From: Negaprion brevirostris
Lineage: Eukaryota
Direction: 5' to 3'
DNA length: 64,000 nucleotides
Assembly (NCBI GenBank): GCA_030324005.1
Contig: JARDVH010000059.1
Location: forward strand, 95,730,228-95,794,227
Part shown: piece after piece, positions 1 through 12,337 of the stretch
How positions within the stretch are numbered: position 1 is the first letter of the stretch
How the letters are laid out: each line of letters begins with the position of its first letter
Made by a program: the position numbers and the translations under genes
Notes under the pieces: model-generated
Database searches by the model: none
What the model saw: only the letters and a program-made list of their open reading frames with translations
Told to the model about the DNA's origin: nothing

Positions 1-175
1 TTTAGCACCAAGAGCTATATCTAATTTCTTCCTGAAGTCACACAATGTTTTGGCCTCAACTACTTTTTGTGGTAGTGAATTCCACACATTCACCACTCTC
101 TGGGTGAAGAAATTTCTCCTCTCCTCAGTTCTAAAAGATTTGCCCCCTATCCTCAAACTATGACCCCTAACTCTA
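1..175 (-). mobile_element. CR1 (HER1-like) LINE ORF2 3' fragment
   Basis: Minus strand reads like RGHSLRIGG..FRTEERRNFFTQRVVNVWNSL, the typical CR1 ORF2 C-terminal motif. Confidence 0.8.
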
Positions 176-350
176 ACCTTGTATCTGTACATAGTTAGTT
201 CTATTCCATCCCATGTACTTGCCTACAGTTAACATCCATTTTTCACGAACTTACCCACTGCTTATTTTCATGTTTCTGTTAAGTCTTTTATTATCCCATC
301 TGTTCCAATACTAAAGGATCATCGAAAGTAGCTTGACTTATTCAGCTCAC

Positions 351-467
351 AAGTTCCAATACAATCTGCTTCCAGCTAAACTGTTTTTGAGCCTACTTAT
401 GAGGAACATGAAACTAACCCAATGACAATGTTTCGGTTAATCTTCCTTTGTCCTCTTTAAGTTTGGC
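351..467 (-). other. Putative exon of the minus-strand transcript
   Basis: Acceptor cttctgtttcacAG (AG at 469-468). Candidate donors GTGAGC at 350 or GTAAGT at 254. Non-repetitive sequence. Confidence 0.35.
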
Positions 468-480
468 CTGTGAAACAGAA

Positions 481-685
481 GTGATGCAAGTATTTCAATT
501 GGTTTTGAGATACAGAGAAAAAGTATGTACAGTGCTTCCATTACAAATTATCATTTTGTGATCATGACTTGAAATATACATGGTTGTATATCAAATGAGC
601 CACCAAACCCACAAGGTTCGACAGAATGGTGGCAAACAGAGATATCCCTTCTCATTGCCACACCATAGAAAATACTTGCATCACA
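481..685. repeat. 15-bp perfect inverted repeat enclosing ~175 bp
   Basis: gtgatgcaagtattt (481-495) is the reverse complement of aaatacttgcatcac (671-685). Confidence 0.85.
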
Positions 686-799
686 AACACTCCCATTAAT
701 CATGAGGAACTAGGCTAGATCGCCAATCAACTAACAAAAGTAATGGAAGGAAATACAATTCACATCTTTCTTGCCTTATTACAATGAATGGCTCCTCAC

Positions 800-939
800 C
801 CAGCACCCATCGTTACAAAAGGTAAGATAAGACTAAAACTTCTGACATGTCGAACGATGAATCTGTCCGGCTGTGGAGCACAGCCATGCCTGCGTGAACT
901 TTTAGGTTTGTACACCGTACTTCTGTTCACCAGATGCAT
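800..939 (-). other. Putative 140-nt exon of the minus-strand transcript
   Basis: Acceptor tcacctcccacAG (941-940) and donor TGG/GTGAGG (799). One frame is open: MHLVNRSTVYKPKSSRRHGCAPQPDRFIVRHVRSFSLILPFVTMGA. Confidence 0.4.
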
Positions 940-1269
940 CTGTGGGAGGTGACAAACACTGACGTAAAATGTTGAAACATTGTCACAGCTGTTTAAAGGG
1001 ATGATATCACCCAGTGATTGATGCTATTTTGCAGGGAGACTGCCATCATGGTTATTGTTGGATTTGTAATAAAATAAAGACATACAAGTAGCAGACAACA
1101 GATTAATATAAATGTTTTACAAACCAGGAAACTGAGTACAAAATGTATTCCTATTAAAGAGAAACCTATAATTTAAAAAAAAAATAAAGTTGAGTCCTTT
1201 TATTTCAGAAAAGAAAATTAGAATATAATTGGATGGATTTCTTGACTACGACGTAAAATGACCCCATAA

Positions 1270-1668
1270 AGTCCTCCTCATTAACATCTGGAGACTGGTG
1301 CAAAAAGATGAACAGTCTCACTAGTCAAACAACAGCCTGGCATAGGCTGTCAGAATCATACAATCAGTTAATGTTCTAGAGTCCACAATCCCCATCTCAG
1401 GGTATACTCTGTCTCATTAACAGATCTACTCCCATAATTCAGGCACACTATTATACAATGAGCAAGTGGGATGCTTAGGGCATTCCTCAACAATGACTCA
1501 GCATTGTGGCTTCAGGTCAAAAAACTGCCTACTGATTACCATCTACTCACTCAGCTGATTAATCTGTATTCCTCCATGTTTAATATCACTTGGAGGATAT
1601 ACTAAAAAGAAGCAAGAGCATAATACATACTAAGCCTGAAAGACTTCAATGTCCATCACCAAGTCATA
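1270..1668 (+). mobile_element. L2/CR1-group LINE endonuclease fragment (5' part, interrupted)
   Basis: Degenerate APE endonuclease sequence (..LINIWRL.., ..DFNVHHQ at ~1642-1662). Continues collinearly at 6208. Confidence 0.7.
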
Positions 1669-2554
1669 TGTCAAGAACTGCACGGATGTTATTTGTGAGA
1701 GGTCTCAACTTGAAAAATCATAGTTTGTTTTTAGAAGGTGTGATGAGTCACCTGAAACTCCAAATGAGAATAACCAGCCCAGTCGTCATGCAATAATTAC
1801 TAAAGACCATTTATTAAAGACAAATACACATAAAAAGGGCTACAGCACTCAAAAACAATTAAATACCTAAATTACTAAACACACACAGAGTTTATATAGA
1901 AATGACCTCTTGTTCCAAGGCATACCTATGCTCCTTGAACACCTTACAACTTTCCTGTTCCCAAACAACACCCAAATTAAATAGATCTGTAAGTCAAATC
2001 CAGTTTATTGTTACCACACAACACAAAGCGGACGATCAAATCTGGAAAACAATTTTTCCTGGTCCAGTGAAGATAATTAAACTGCCTTTGCCAAGGTTTC
2101 TGCAATACCTTGGCTAAACAACTTCTTAAATGTAAACTGCCTCTCAAACCCTGAGGTGTTAAAAATGGTCTCTCAGCTGTGAGATCTTAAACTGACCTCT
2201 CGACTCTTAGCTGTTACAATGTCTGTCTACTTCTACAGATGCTGGCAATTATATCCTGGTTCCTATTTCATTCCCCCTTCTGTGGTTTATGACTGTCTGC
2301 ATCTCTCACATTCCGTGACCCTTGAAATTTGAATCTCTATATCTCTACTCACATCTCAGTCATCTGGGTAAGCTTTTTTTCTGATGCTTGGGCTATTTAC
2401 ACCTGATTCTGTTTGGATGCCTGCTAATCTTGTTACTGGGAAAGATCTAATCTTATCCCTTTTGAATGCTGTTTTTTACCTGTTGCTGGGCAGATCATAT
2501 CCTATCATTCCTTGTTAAATTCTTGTCCCTACTGTTAATAGCCGATACATGACA
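1669..2554 (-). mobile_element. LTR (TG..CA)
   Basis: Starts tgtcaagaa and ends tacatgaca (imperfect inverted termini). AATAAA on the minus strand near 1810. Its 2102-2554 part is repeated at 5745-6207. CATA flanks the pair (1665-1668, 6208-6211). Confidence 0.6.
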
Positions 2555-2726
2555 ATTATTCCTTGTGAGAATAAGTTTGGCTATCTCACCTCTGTACGTG
2601 CAGCCAATTTTGAATGAATATATTCTAAGCTGAGCTGAGTATATCGGCATGACCTTTTAAAAATAGAGAAACTGTAAATGGTTCATGATTGACTCTCTGC
2701 AGATGTGTTTCATATTATGTTAATTG

Positions 2727-3050
2727 TGCGGCACCGTGGCACAGTGGTTAGCACTGCTGCCTCACAGCACCAGGGACCCGGGTTCAATTCCTGCGTCGAG
2801 TGACTGTCTGTGTAGAGTTTGCATATTCTCCCTGTGTCTGCATGGGTTTTCTCCAGGTGCTCCAGTTTCGTCCAAAGATGTGTGGGTTAGGTTGATTGGC
2901 CATGCTAAATTGACCCTGGTGTCAGGGGATTAGCAGGGTAAGTATGTGGGTTTATGGGCAAAGGGCCTGGGTGGGATTGTGGTCAGTGCTGACTTGATGG
3001 GCCGAAGAGCCTCATTTTGATATTGCAGTGGAGAATAGAGGTTCTATGAA
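2727..3050 (+). mobile_element. HE1-type V-SINE (tRNA head, V domain, HER1 LINE tail)
   Basis: ggcaccgtggcacagtggttagcactgctgcctcacagc head, B box gggttcaattcc, V domain and gatgggccgaa tail. Confidence 0.9.
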
Positions 3051-3379
3051 CCTTTCCCAGCACTTCATGATCTAAGTTGTTTCTACTCATTCATAGGATA
3101 TGCACATTAATGGCCAGCATATCATTCATTACACCACACTACAAATGATTGGCTTGCTTCTTGTTAAAGATTATTTAAATGTTTAATGCCCCATTCTGCC
3201 GTAACATTTTTGAGAGAAAATGTCCATAAATAATTATTCGGATGGCAGCTTCAGCTAGCATCAGTTGTGTCCATCTGTCATCATAATCTTTTTGCCTCTC
3301 GCTCAAATTCCAAAGTGCATCTCCCTCATGGGCTGGACACCTTCCCATTTTGAATGATAGATTGATTGCTGTTGAGGAG

Positions 3380-3610
3380 AGGGGCTAGTTAAGAATCAAT
3401 CAAGTTTCTGCAGATTTGGAATCACAAATAGAGCAGACTGGATAACGATGGCAGATTTCTTCCCAGAAAGGACATTAATGAACCAGACGGGTTTTATGAC
3501 AATTCATGGTTTCGTCATCATCATTACTGATACCGGCTTTTTATTCTGATTTACCTCATTATATTTAAATCTCCAGCTGCTGCGGTGAGATTTGAACTCA
3601 CCCTTCAGCA
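3380..3610 (-). mobile_element. tRNA-derived SINE / LINE 5' head fragment
   Basis: Related to the 15550-15730 head; B-box-like gagttcaaatctc on the minus strand. Confidence 0.55.
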
Positions 3611-3714
3611 TCATGTGTCCCAACAGCAATAACTGATGCATACATAGCACCTGTCACAGTATGAAAGATCCCAAGGTGCTTCACAGGAGCGTTACAAAAT
3701 ACTGTATAACACCA

Positions 3715-4015
3715 AAGTTTTTTAGTTTTTAATGTTTATTTATTTGTGTTACCAGTAGGCTTACATTAACACTGCAATGAAGCTGCTGTGAAAATCCCCT
3801 AGTCGCCACACCCGGGTGCCTGTTCAGTTACACTGAGGGAGAATTTAGCATGGCCAACGCACTTAACCAGCACGTCTTTCGGACTGTGGAAGGAAATGGG
3901 AGGAAACCCATGCAGACACGGGGAGAGTGTGCAGACTCCACATAGACAGTGACCCAAGCCGGGAATCGAACTTGGGTCTCCAGTGCAGTGCTAACCTCTG
4001 GGCCACCGCTCCACC
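3715..4015 (-). mobile_element. V-SINE, second subfamily
   Basis: ggcttacattaacactgcaatgaag tail plus V domain and tRNA head in reverse. Same family at 5325, 33820 and 50425. Confidence 0.85.
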
Positions 4016-4504
4016 CTCAACCGATAGATTCAGAATGAGTGGGCTCCTACATTGACCTGACTGGTGACAGCTGAAAGTTGTAACTTAAAAAGATAACAGA
4101 TATAACCTAATTGGATTGAAAGCTGCAGTGTGGCCTATCTGAAGCAGGGGTTTTAGTGTGCCCTGTCTCAGGTTTGCAACAATGACTGGGCTTCAAAAAT
4201 ATTCCAGTGGCTATAAGATGTTTTGGAACTGTTACGATGGCCATGGAGGGTCATCGCCAGGTCTCCCCATAGGTTCTGTGGAGTAGGAACTCTCTTAATT
4301 GAGAGTTGGGAAGTGAGCAACAGGGGTTAAAACCCATTGCTTCAACCCAGACTGACATTCTGCAGGTCCCCGGGGAATTAACTCACGTGCTGTAAGCTGT
4401 GGGTGTGGCTCCTTCTTGCGCTATCATTAAAGAGTTTTTGATGAAGGAAGACTGACCTTGATGGAATTATTACAGGAGCACCCTGGGGCCCTTGCGTATG
4501 GTGT

Positions 4505-5320
4505 GGATCGGTGCTAGGACCCCCAGCTGTTCACAACATATATGACTGATTTAGGAAGGGAACTAAATTTAATATCTTCAAATTTGCAGATGACACAAAG
4601 CGGGGTGGGAGGGTAAGCAGTGAGAAAGGTGCACAGATGTTTCAGTGTGATTTGGGCAAGCTGTGTGAGTGGACAAATACATGGCAGATGCAGTCTAATG
4701 TGGATAAATACAAGGGCAAGCATTTTGGCAGCAAAAACTGGAAAGTAGATTATTATCTGAATGGTTATAAATTAGGAGAGAGAATGTGCAACAAGACCTG
4801 GGTGCCCTCGTATACCAGTCTGCGTAAGGTAAGCATGCAGGTGTAGCAGGCAGTAATGAAGGCAAATGTTGGCCTTCACGGTGGGAGAATTTGAGTCCAG
4901 GAGCAGGGATATGTTGCTGCAATTATACATTGCCACATCTGGAATATTGTGTGTAGTTTTGGCCTCCTTATCCGAGGAAGAATGTTCTTGCTAAAGAGGG
5001 AGTATAGCAAAAATTTACCAGACTGATGCCTTGGATGTTGGGACTGGTGTATGAGGAGCAACTGTGCCGCTTAGGATTGTATTTGCTGGAGTTCAGAAGA
5101 ATGAGAGGGGAATCTCATCGAAACCTATAAACTTTTAGTGGGACCAGACAGGAAAGATGTTCCTGATGGTGGGAATATCTAGAACGAGGGATCATAGCTT
5201 AGGGATACAGGGTAAACCATGATGTGAGGAGAAATTTCTTCACCCAGAGGGTGGTGAATGTTGGAATTCACTACCATAGAAGGCAGACGAGACCAAAATA
5301 TTAATTGTTTTTGAGAAGTT
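4505..5320 (+). mobile_element. CR1 LINE RT to C-terminal fragment
   Basis: GSVLGPQLFTTYMTDL, KFADDT, WQMQSNVDK and RRNFFTQRVVN motifs with frameshifts. Confidence 0.85.
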
Positions 5321-5324
5321 CAAG

Positions 5325-5602
5325 ATTATTTCTTATTGTCACAAATAGTGACTTCATTGCAGTGTTAACGTAAGCCTATGAAAATCTCTATTTGCCACAC
5401 TCTGGCACCTATTTGGGTACATTTGAGGAAAATTTAGCATGGCCAATGCACCTAACCAGTACATCTTTCAGACCGTTCGGGAAGACCAGGGCACCCAGAG
5501 GAAACCCATGCAGGTACGGGGAGAATGCATAGAACATGCACAGATAGTGACCTAAGCCAGCAATCAAACCCAGATACCCGGCGCAGTGAAACAGCAGTGC
5601 TA
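5325..5602 (-). mobile_element. V-SINE inserted in the CR1 tail
   Basis: Same consensus as 3715-4015; CR1 sequence resumes at ~5603. Confidence 0.8.
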
Positions 5603-5744
5603 GAAAGGAGTTAGGTGTCACTTTTGGGGTGAAGGGGATCAAAGNNNNNNNNNNNNNNNNNNNNNNNNNNNNNNNNNNNNNNNNNNNNNNNNNNNNNNNN
5701 NNNNNNNNNNNNNNNNNNNNNNNNNNNNNNNNNNNNNNNNNNNN

Positions 5745-6207
5745 GCAATACCTTGGCTAAACAACTTCTTAAATGTAAACTGCCTCTCAAACCCTGAGGT
5801 GTTAAAAATGGTCTCTCAGCTATGAGATCTTAAACTGACCTCTCGACACTTAACCCTGTTACAATGTCTGCCTGCTTCTACAGATGCTGGCAATTATACC
5901 TGGCTCCTCTTTAATTCCTTCTTCAGTGTTTTGGGGCTGTCTGCATTTCTCACATTCTGTGGCTCTCAAAATTAGCATCTGTATACCTCCACTGATCTCT
6001 CAGTCACCTGGGTAAGCTGTTTCCTGATGATAGGTTTATTTACACCTGATTCTGTCTGGATGCCTGCTAAGCTTGTTACTGGAAAAGGTCACATCTCATC
6101 ATCCCTACGCTGTCTCCAGGCAGGTTTTTACCTGTTGCTGGGCAGATCATATCCTATCACTCCTTGTTAAATTCTTGTTTCTGCTGTTACTAGGCAGATT
6201 CATGATA
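5745..6207 (-). mobile_element. Partial second copy of the 1669-2554 LTR
   Basis: Direct repeat of 2102-2554. Ends ttcatgata followed by CATA. Confidence 0.7.
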
Positions 6208-6540
6208 CATACCACCCATTTAATTGCCATAGCCCTCAATAACTTAGCTGCTATGCTGGGCTTGCAGCACATGTAAGAGAACCTATATGAGGAACAGCCT
6301 ACTTGATCTCATTCTCTTGACCTACCCATCCCCATCACTGGTATGTACTCCCATGACAACATCATTAGGATAAACATAGCCCTTGTAGAGACAACGTCCC
6401 ATCTTGAAACTGAGAACAACCTTCATTGTGTTATGTGGCATGACCATAGTATTAACTGGAATAAATCAGGTATAGACTGAGCAGCTCAAACTGAACATCC
6501 ATGTGGTGCTGTGGGCCACCAGCAACAGAAGAATTATATA
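6208..6540 (+). mobile_element. L2/CR1-group LINE endonuclease fragment (3' continuation)
   Basis: Collinear continuation of 1270-1668 (LAAMLGLQH.., LDLIL.., HCVMWH..). Confidence 0.65.
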
Positions 6541-6544
6541 CCAT

Positions 6545-8083
6545 TATTAAGATGGCTGCTAGAATGGGACCAAAAATTCAAAAGGGGTTTTAGAATGGCT
6601 GAAAATGCAAGGGGCAAGGGGAATGATGCCAAGCAAATATGAAGAAAAAAGAAATCAGAGCTGTTTAAATTAATCCCCATCCTGTCTATAACAATCCACA
6701 CACNNNNNNNNNNNNNNNNNNNNNNNNNNNNNNNNNNNNNNNNNNNNNNNNNNNNNNNNNNNNNNNNNNNNNNNNNNNNNNNNNNNNNNNNNNNNNNNNN
6801 NNNAGCAAAGACATGAACAGCCTCCAAGCTTGGGTTGACAAGTTGCAAGGAATGCTCTTGCCTCAGGCAGTGAACAACTCAAGCAAGAGCATCTAATCAC
6901 TTACCCAATGACATCACCATCATCAAGTACCCCACCTTCAACATCCTGGTAACTCCATCACCACCAAACCAGATAAACATCACTGGTTCAGTGAGGACCG
7001 TAGACAAAAACACAAGAGCAACACGAGCATTTTGGAAAATAACCTGATAAAATCACAACTCAGGACTTGATGCATGATAAGCAGAAAATAATGACAGGCA
7101 GACCCAAGTGACTTTACAACAAATTAACCAGGTCAAAGTTCTGTAACCCTGTCACATTTAGTGATAAATGGTGATGTTGGAAAACAATTGTCTTACTTTC
7201 AGCACATTGCTGCAGGAGTTTCCTCATTGCAGAATCCCAGGTTTAACATTGTTTATTAATTCTTGAGATGTGGGTATCATTGGCAAGGCCAACATTTATT
7301 ACCCATCCCTAATTGTCCTGGAGAAGACAGTGGTGAGCTGCCTTCTTGAACCACTCCAGTCTGTATGGTAAAGGTAGGGTTCCAGGATTTTGATCCTGCG
7401 ACACTGAAGAGTCAGCAACATACTTTGAAGTTAGTACATTGTAAACAGTATACACAGCAGCCATGTTGCACCTGTGGTGGAAAGACTGAATGTTTAAGGT
7501 GGCAAATGGGGTGTTGAACAGGCAAGTTCTTTTGTCCTGAATGGTGTTACTGGAGCTGCACCCATTCAGTTGAAATAGCATATTCCATCACATCTCTGAC
7601 CTGTGCTTTATAAAGTGATCAATGGGCAAGGATTCTGGAAGTGAGTTGCTTGCCACAGAATTCCCAACTTTTGATGGTGGAAATACCATACATAGGCAAG
7701 GCTCCCTGATTGGAAGGCAATCTTGTATTTATGTGATTAGTCCAGTTAAGTTTCTTGTTTATAGGAACTCCAGGATGTTGAAGGTGGGGTACTTGATGAT
7801 GGTGATGTCATTGGGTAAGTGATTAGACGCTCTTGCAAGAGCTGTTCACTGCCTGAGGCAAGAGCATTCTTTGCAACTTGTCAACCCAAGCTTGGAGGCT
7901 GTCCATGTCTTTGCCNNNNNNNNNNNNNNNNNNNNNNNNNNNNNNNNNNNNNNNNNNNNNNNNNNNNNNNNNNNNNNNNNNNNNNNNNNNNNNNNNNNNN
8001 NNNNNNNNNNNNNNNNNNNTCTTTTTTCTTCATTCTAAAACCCCTTTTGAATTTTTGGTCCCATTCTAGCAGCCATCTTAATA
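6545..8083. repeat. Near-identical inverted duplication; each arm contains an N gap
   Basis: 6545-6597 is the reverse complement of 8031-8083; 6805-6949 approximates the reverse complement of 7770-7914. Confidence 0.85.
7255..7914 (-). mobile_element. L2-like LINE 3' region
   Basis: LEWFKKAAHHCLLQDN C-terminus and aataaatgttggccttgcc 3' tail on the minus strand. Confidence 0.75.
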
Positions 8084-8659
8084 TTCCAGCACTTATTTTC
8101 TGCTCCCACAAAGCCAGACTGAATGGAGACTAAACAACGATACAAATTGTTTGAAAATTCAGACAGATAGTTCACTGTGCTTTTGGCTGGCTTTACATCA
8201 ACAGCAAGTTATTCCAAGTTCCACTTAGCCAGCACTCTAAAATCTGTCCTAAAACACTGTTGAATAAAGGTTGAATAAATGTCAAAAGAAATTGAGATTC
8301 ATTACCAGAAAACTTTAATCCAGCACAAAATGTTTTTCAAGTCAGTCATAAGCATGACTATAAGCCCCGTAATCAGGCATTAAGCATGTAAATTATGCTG
8401 GAGAAATAGTAGTTTGTTTTGTTCTTCTCACAAATGGTTTTCCTATCCTATGAGGTGACAAAGCTAATGGATGATAGTAGGCTAGCTGATATTTTAATTC
8501 TTGATTTCCAGAAAGTCTTGTCAGACAGAATGCAATTGGATAACATTTTATTGTATAGGTGAAATAATTCCTCAGAGGCTGGTTCCCTTTACCGTACACA
8601 GGCGAGGATCCCTGATTGGCAGGCAATTGTGACCTCAATTATGACCTCAATTAGGGGCA

Positions 8660-8870
8660 TCTTTTTGCATTCAACTGAACAAACAAAATCAAACTAACTT
8701 AGGGACAATTCAAAAAGGGCAGCTCCCTAAAAGGAGGGAAACCGCCCGAAACAAAAAATACAAAGTAGAAACAAAACTTAAAACATCAAATTAAAATCTG
8801 ATTAAAGGGGTCAATAATACACCCCAATTCTTGTGATGCCCAGCGAGCACGGAAGACATCAACAGAGCCC
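8660..8870 (-). mobile_element. 5'-truncated Tx1-clade LINE inserted in the 3' LTR
   Basis: Minus strand encodes GSVDVFRARWASQELGCIIDPFNQILI* (Tx1-like ORF2 end) then a T-rich 3' UTR ending AAAAAGA. Flanked by duplicated ct(c/t)aattagggg. Confidence 0.75.
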
Positions 8871-9959
8871 CTTAATTAGGGGCATCTTTTGGTGGTGACC
8901 TCAATTAGGGAGTTCATACTCCAAGAGGCCAACCTCATGTGTCTCACTGAAGTCATTACACCTCTCCTCCATTAAGTCCAAGGAATCTCAGCAGTTCATA
9001 CACCTCATGGGTCTCTTGCAACGTTTCAGCACTGGGTTGGGACTTGGCATCTGATGTGGGAGGAGAGTATCTAACAGGCACCCGTCTCTTAAGGTGTAAG
9101 CATCGGAGTTCTAGTTTGCCCCCTCCCTTGGGTGGCAGAGGAGTAGCCACAGCTTTGTCTGTAGTGCCCATTTCAGACTTCAAGGTCCTAACTACAGCCA
9201 ATGGAGAAGCAGGACTGGCCAGTCTAGGAGAACACTCCTCAGTTCTTGGCCCTCTGGGCATTGTTGGCTCCAGGGCAAACTGTGATTGAAGCCCACACCT
9301 GGTTTAGATGTTTTTTCAGGATGACCTCACCACATGTAGGGTGTAGCCCCGTCTGAGATTCGATTGTTCCAGATAACCATGCTTTCTTTACCCAAACTTT
9401 TTCACTGGCCTCCAACTCTCTCCCTCCTGGCTGTTGTTGTCATGGCCTTTGCATTTGGCTTTTTGTTGCTTTTCTACCTTATGCACCAGGGTTTGGGGAT
9501 AGCCAACTTAATCTGGCATGGAGTTGGTTGTCTGCCCATGAGCAACCCGGCAGGTGCTATTACTGTAGTGGCATGGAGGGGTTATCCTATCAACAAAAAC
9601 CCTACAGGAGGGCTTGGTGTTTATTGATGCTGCTATGTTTTTCTTGATGTAGTTCAGCCAGTATGGCATAGAGGCCTTGACTCAGAACAACCACTTGTGT
9701 CCCTCATAGCAGTTTTTCGTCTTCTACCATGAGCTGTTCTCATCTACTCCAGTAAGGGTGGAATTGGGGCAGTACTGACTTTTCTGTTTCCCCCACGAGA
9801 ACTAAGTGTTTAACTTTTGCATCCAAAAACGTATATTATGTGCAGCCACTGAGAAAAAAATTCATAGGTATTACCGTCTCTTCTACTTGGGATACTATCA
9901 GTGGGGTGTCTGCTGTACTTAAGGAATCTGCGTTTGCCACTAAGCCTCCCAGCCTATGC

Positions 9960-10260
9960 TCCTAGGATCCTTACAGTGCAGAGAGAGGTAATTTGGCCCA
10001 TTGAGCCTGTACCAACAACAATCCTACCCAAGCCCCATCCCCATAATCCCACGCATTTACCCTGGTTAGTCCCGCAACACTAAGGGGCAATCAGCAAGGC
10101 AACACATCTTTTGAACTGAGAGAGGAAACTGGAGCAGTTAGAGGAATCCCACGCAGACACAGGGAAAATGTGCAAACTCCACACAGTGATCTGAGGCTAG
10201 AATTGAACCTGGGTCCCTGGCACTGTGAGGCAGCAGTGCAAACCACTATGCTGCTGTGCT
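9960..10260 (-). mobile_element. HE1-type V-SINE inserted in Gypsy pol
   Basis: Reverse SINE head (actgtgaggcagcagtgc), V domain and tail. Confidence 0.8.
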
Positions 10261-12104
10261 CCAACTGATAATTGTAAGCTGCCAATAATAATGCCCATTG
10301 CTGGATCTAAGGCAACGCTAATGGTGGCATCACTTTGTCCTCTTAGTAGTCCCATTAGCAGCTTGAAATTGGTGACAATCAGAAATTTCCACCATAAAGG
10401 TATTGATGAAACTTCTTTGCTCCAAATATTACTGCCAACCCTCTTTTTCAATATGGGCGTACTTTCTTTCTGCTATAGTCAAGGTCCTGGAGGTATGTGC
10501 TATTGGTTTTTCTCTCCATTTGGCCATCTATGTGCTGATACTGCCCTGATGCCATATGGTCACATCACAGGTTAGCACTAACTCTTTTCTAGGATCATAA
10601 TGTGCTATGACATTCAACGATGACAGGTGTTTCTTTATTTTCTTAAAAAGTCTTGACCGATGGACCATTCCCAAGCTTGATCCTTTTTTAGCAGTTGATA
10701 GCCATACTAAGATGGAGGCCCAATTTGGTATGAATTTTCTGTCGTACATCATCAGCTATAAAAATGACCTTAACTCCTGAATGGAGGTGGGAGCCCACAC
10801 TTGGTCCTCCAAAGGATGTAGACGTGACTTGTCAACTTTACAATCCAGATAGGTACTTGAGGTACCAGGAAGATGCATTTTTCCCTCCTAAAGCACATGC
10901 CGGTTCTTGAAAAACTAAGGATTTCCTCCAGACTCTAGATGTTCTACCTTTGTTTTACCTGAATTGAGAACATCATCCAAGTAAACGGTGACCTGAAGTA
11001 AATTTTGTAATGTGTTCTCCAGAAAATTGAACAGGCTGATGATACCCCAAAAGGTAACCTTGTGTTTCATCATGGAATATTCCTGAAATTCCATGATTCT
11101 ATGAATCCTCATCCAGCTGCAACTGTAAATAAGCATGACTCATATCGAATTTTGAGAATTAAGAGCTCCCTGCCAACTTTGCATATAATTTCTCAATCTG
11201 GGAATTAGGTATTTGTCCAGCTGTGAATTGCAGTTTATTGTTTGTTTCAAGTCCCCACAAAGACAGAGTCAACCATCTGGCTTCAAAAAAGGCACCACCA
11301 GTGCTACCCATTCTGCAAACTGGACAGGTTTTATGATACCTTCTAGTTCCAGTCTTCTAATTTCTATTTCCATTTTTTCCTTTAAAGCAAATGTACTGGA
11401 TGGGCCTTGCAAAATCAGAGGACTGCATCCTGGTCGGCATGTAATATTGCTTTGGCACCTTTCATGGCTCCTAGCCCTTCCAGGTATTTGAGCAGGACTT
11501 CACTCAAGCAACCATTTCCAACTGGAAGATGTTCACCCAATCCAAATGAATTTCTCTCAAACTGCTTTGCCCCATTAGGCTTGGGCCCAAGCCCACCACT
11601 ACCATTAATGGCAATCCAACCAGTTGCTTTTCGTAAGAGACAGGATCAAAGGTTACACCCGTAACTCTCAAAGGTTCCTCTGTATTAGTTCTCAGACATG
11701 CCAAATCTTTATTGAAGTCCAATGCAAGTTTAACTGACCATTGATTTTCTGACCACCAATAGGGCCGCACCTGTATTGACCTCTATTAAGCTCCATTTAA
11801 TCTTACGGTTATCTTAATTGCGTCCAATTTGGACATTGCTATGCAGTTTAATTGTTCCCCTTCGAATATAGGTGGCCCTTCCAAGGTGTGCACTCTCCTT
11901 GACACCAGCCTACGTATCGTTTTCCTAAATCTGGGTCGTGGAAGCTTACCTTGCTGCTCTGACTCCACATACCAGCAACAGTTACAATGCCTTGTCTGGC
12001 AGGATTCTGAAGGAACTGTTGACTGCCTGGTTAAAGCTTGGCTTAGTTTTGGAGCTGGGTTTAATTGTAACTGGAACCTTCCTGAGAAAGGCTGTGTAAA
12101 GGCT

Positions 12105-12337
12105 GTGGGACCTCTACAGGAGTGATGGTCTGCACCTGAATCAGAGGGGAGCCAATATCTTNNNNNNNNNNNNNNNNNNNNNNNNNNNNNNNNNNNNNNN
12201 NNNNNNNNNNNNNNNNNNNNNNNNNNNNNNNNNNNNNNNNNNNNNNNNNNNNNNNNNNNNNGGGTCATTGCTTTTTTAATTGGTCGGCGCAACATCGTGG
12301 GCCGAAGGGCCTGTTCTGCGCTGTAATGTTCTATGTA
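12105..12337 (+). mobile_element. CR1 LINE inserted in Gypsy gag, mostly hidden in an N gap
   Basis: Left of the gap: WDLYRSDGLHLNQRGANI (CR1 ORF1 SGNH esterase motif). Right of the gap: HER1-like tail gggccgaagggcctgttctgcgctgtaatgttctatg. Confidence 0.7.

Noticed and set aside
2727-2800. tRNA gene
   Set aside because: The A/B-box sequence is the head of an HE1 SINE and continues into the V domain; the same holds for the other SINE heads.
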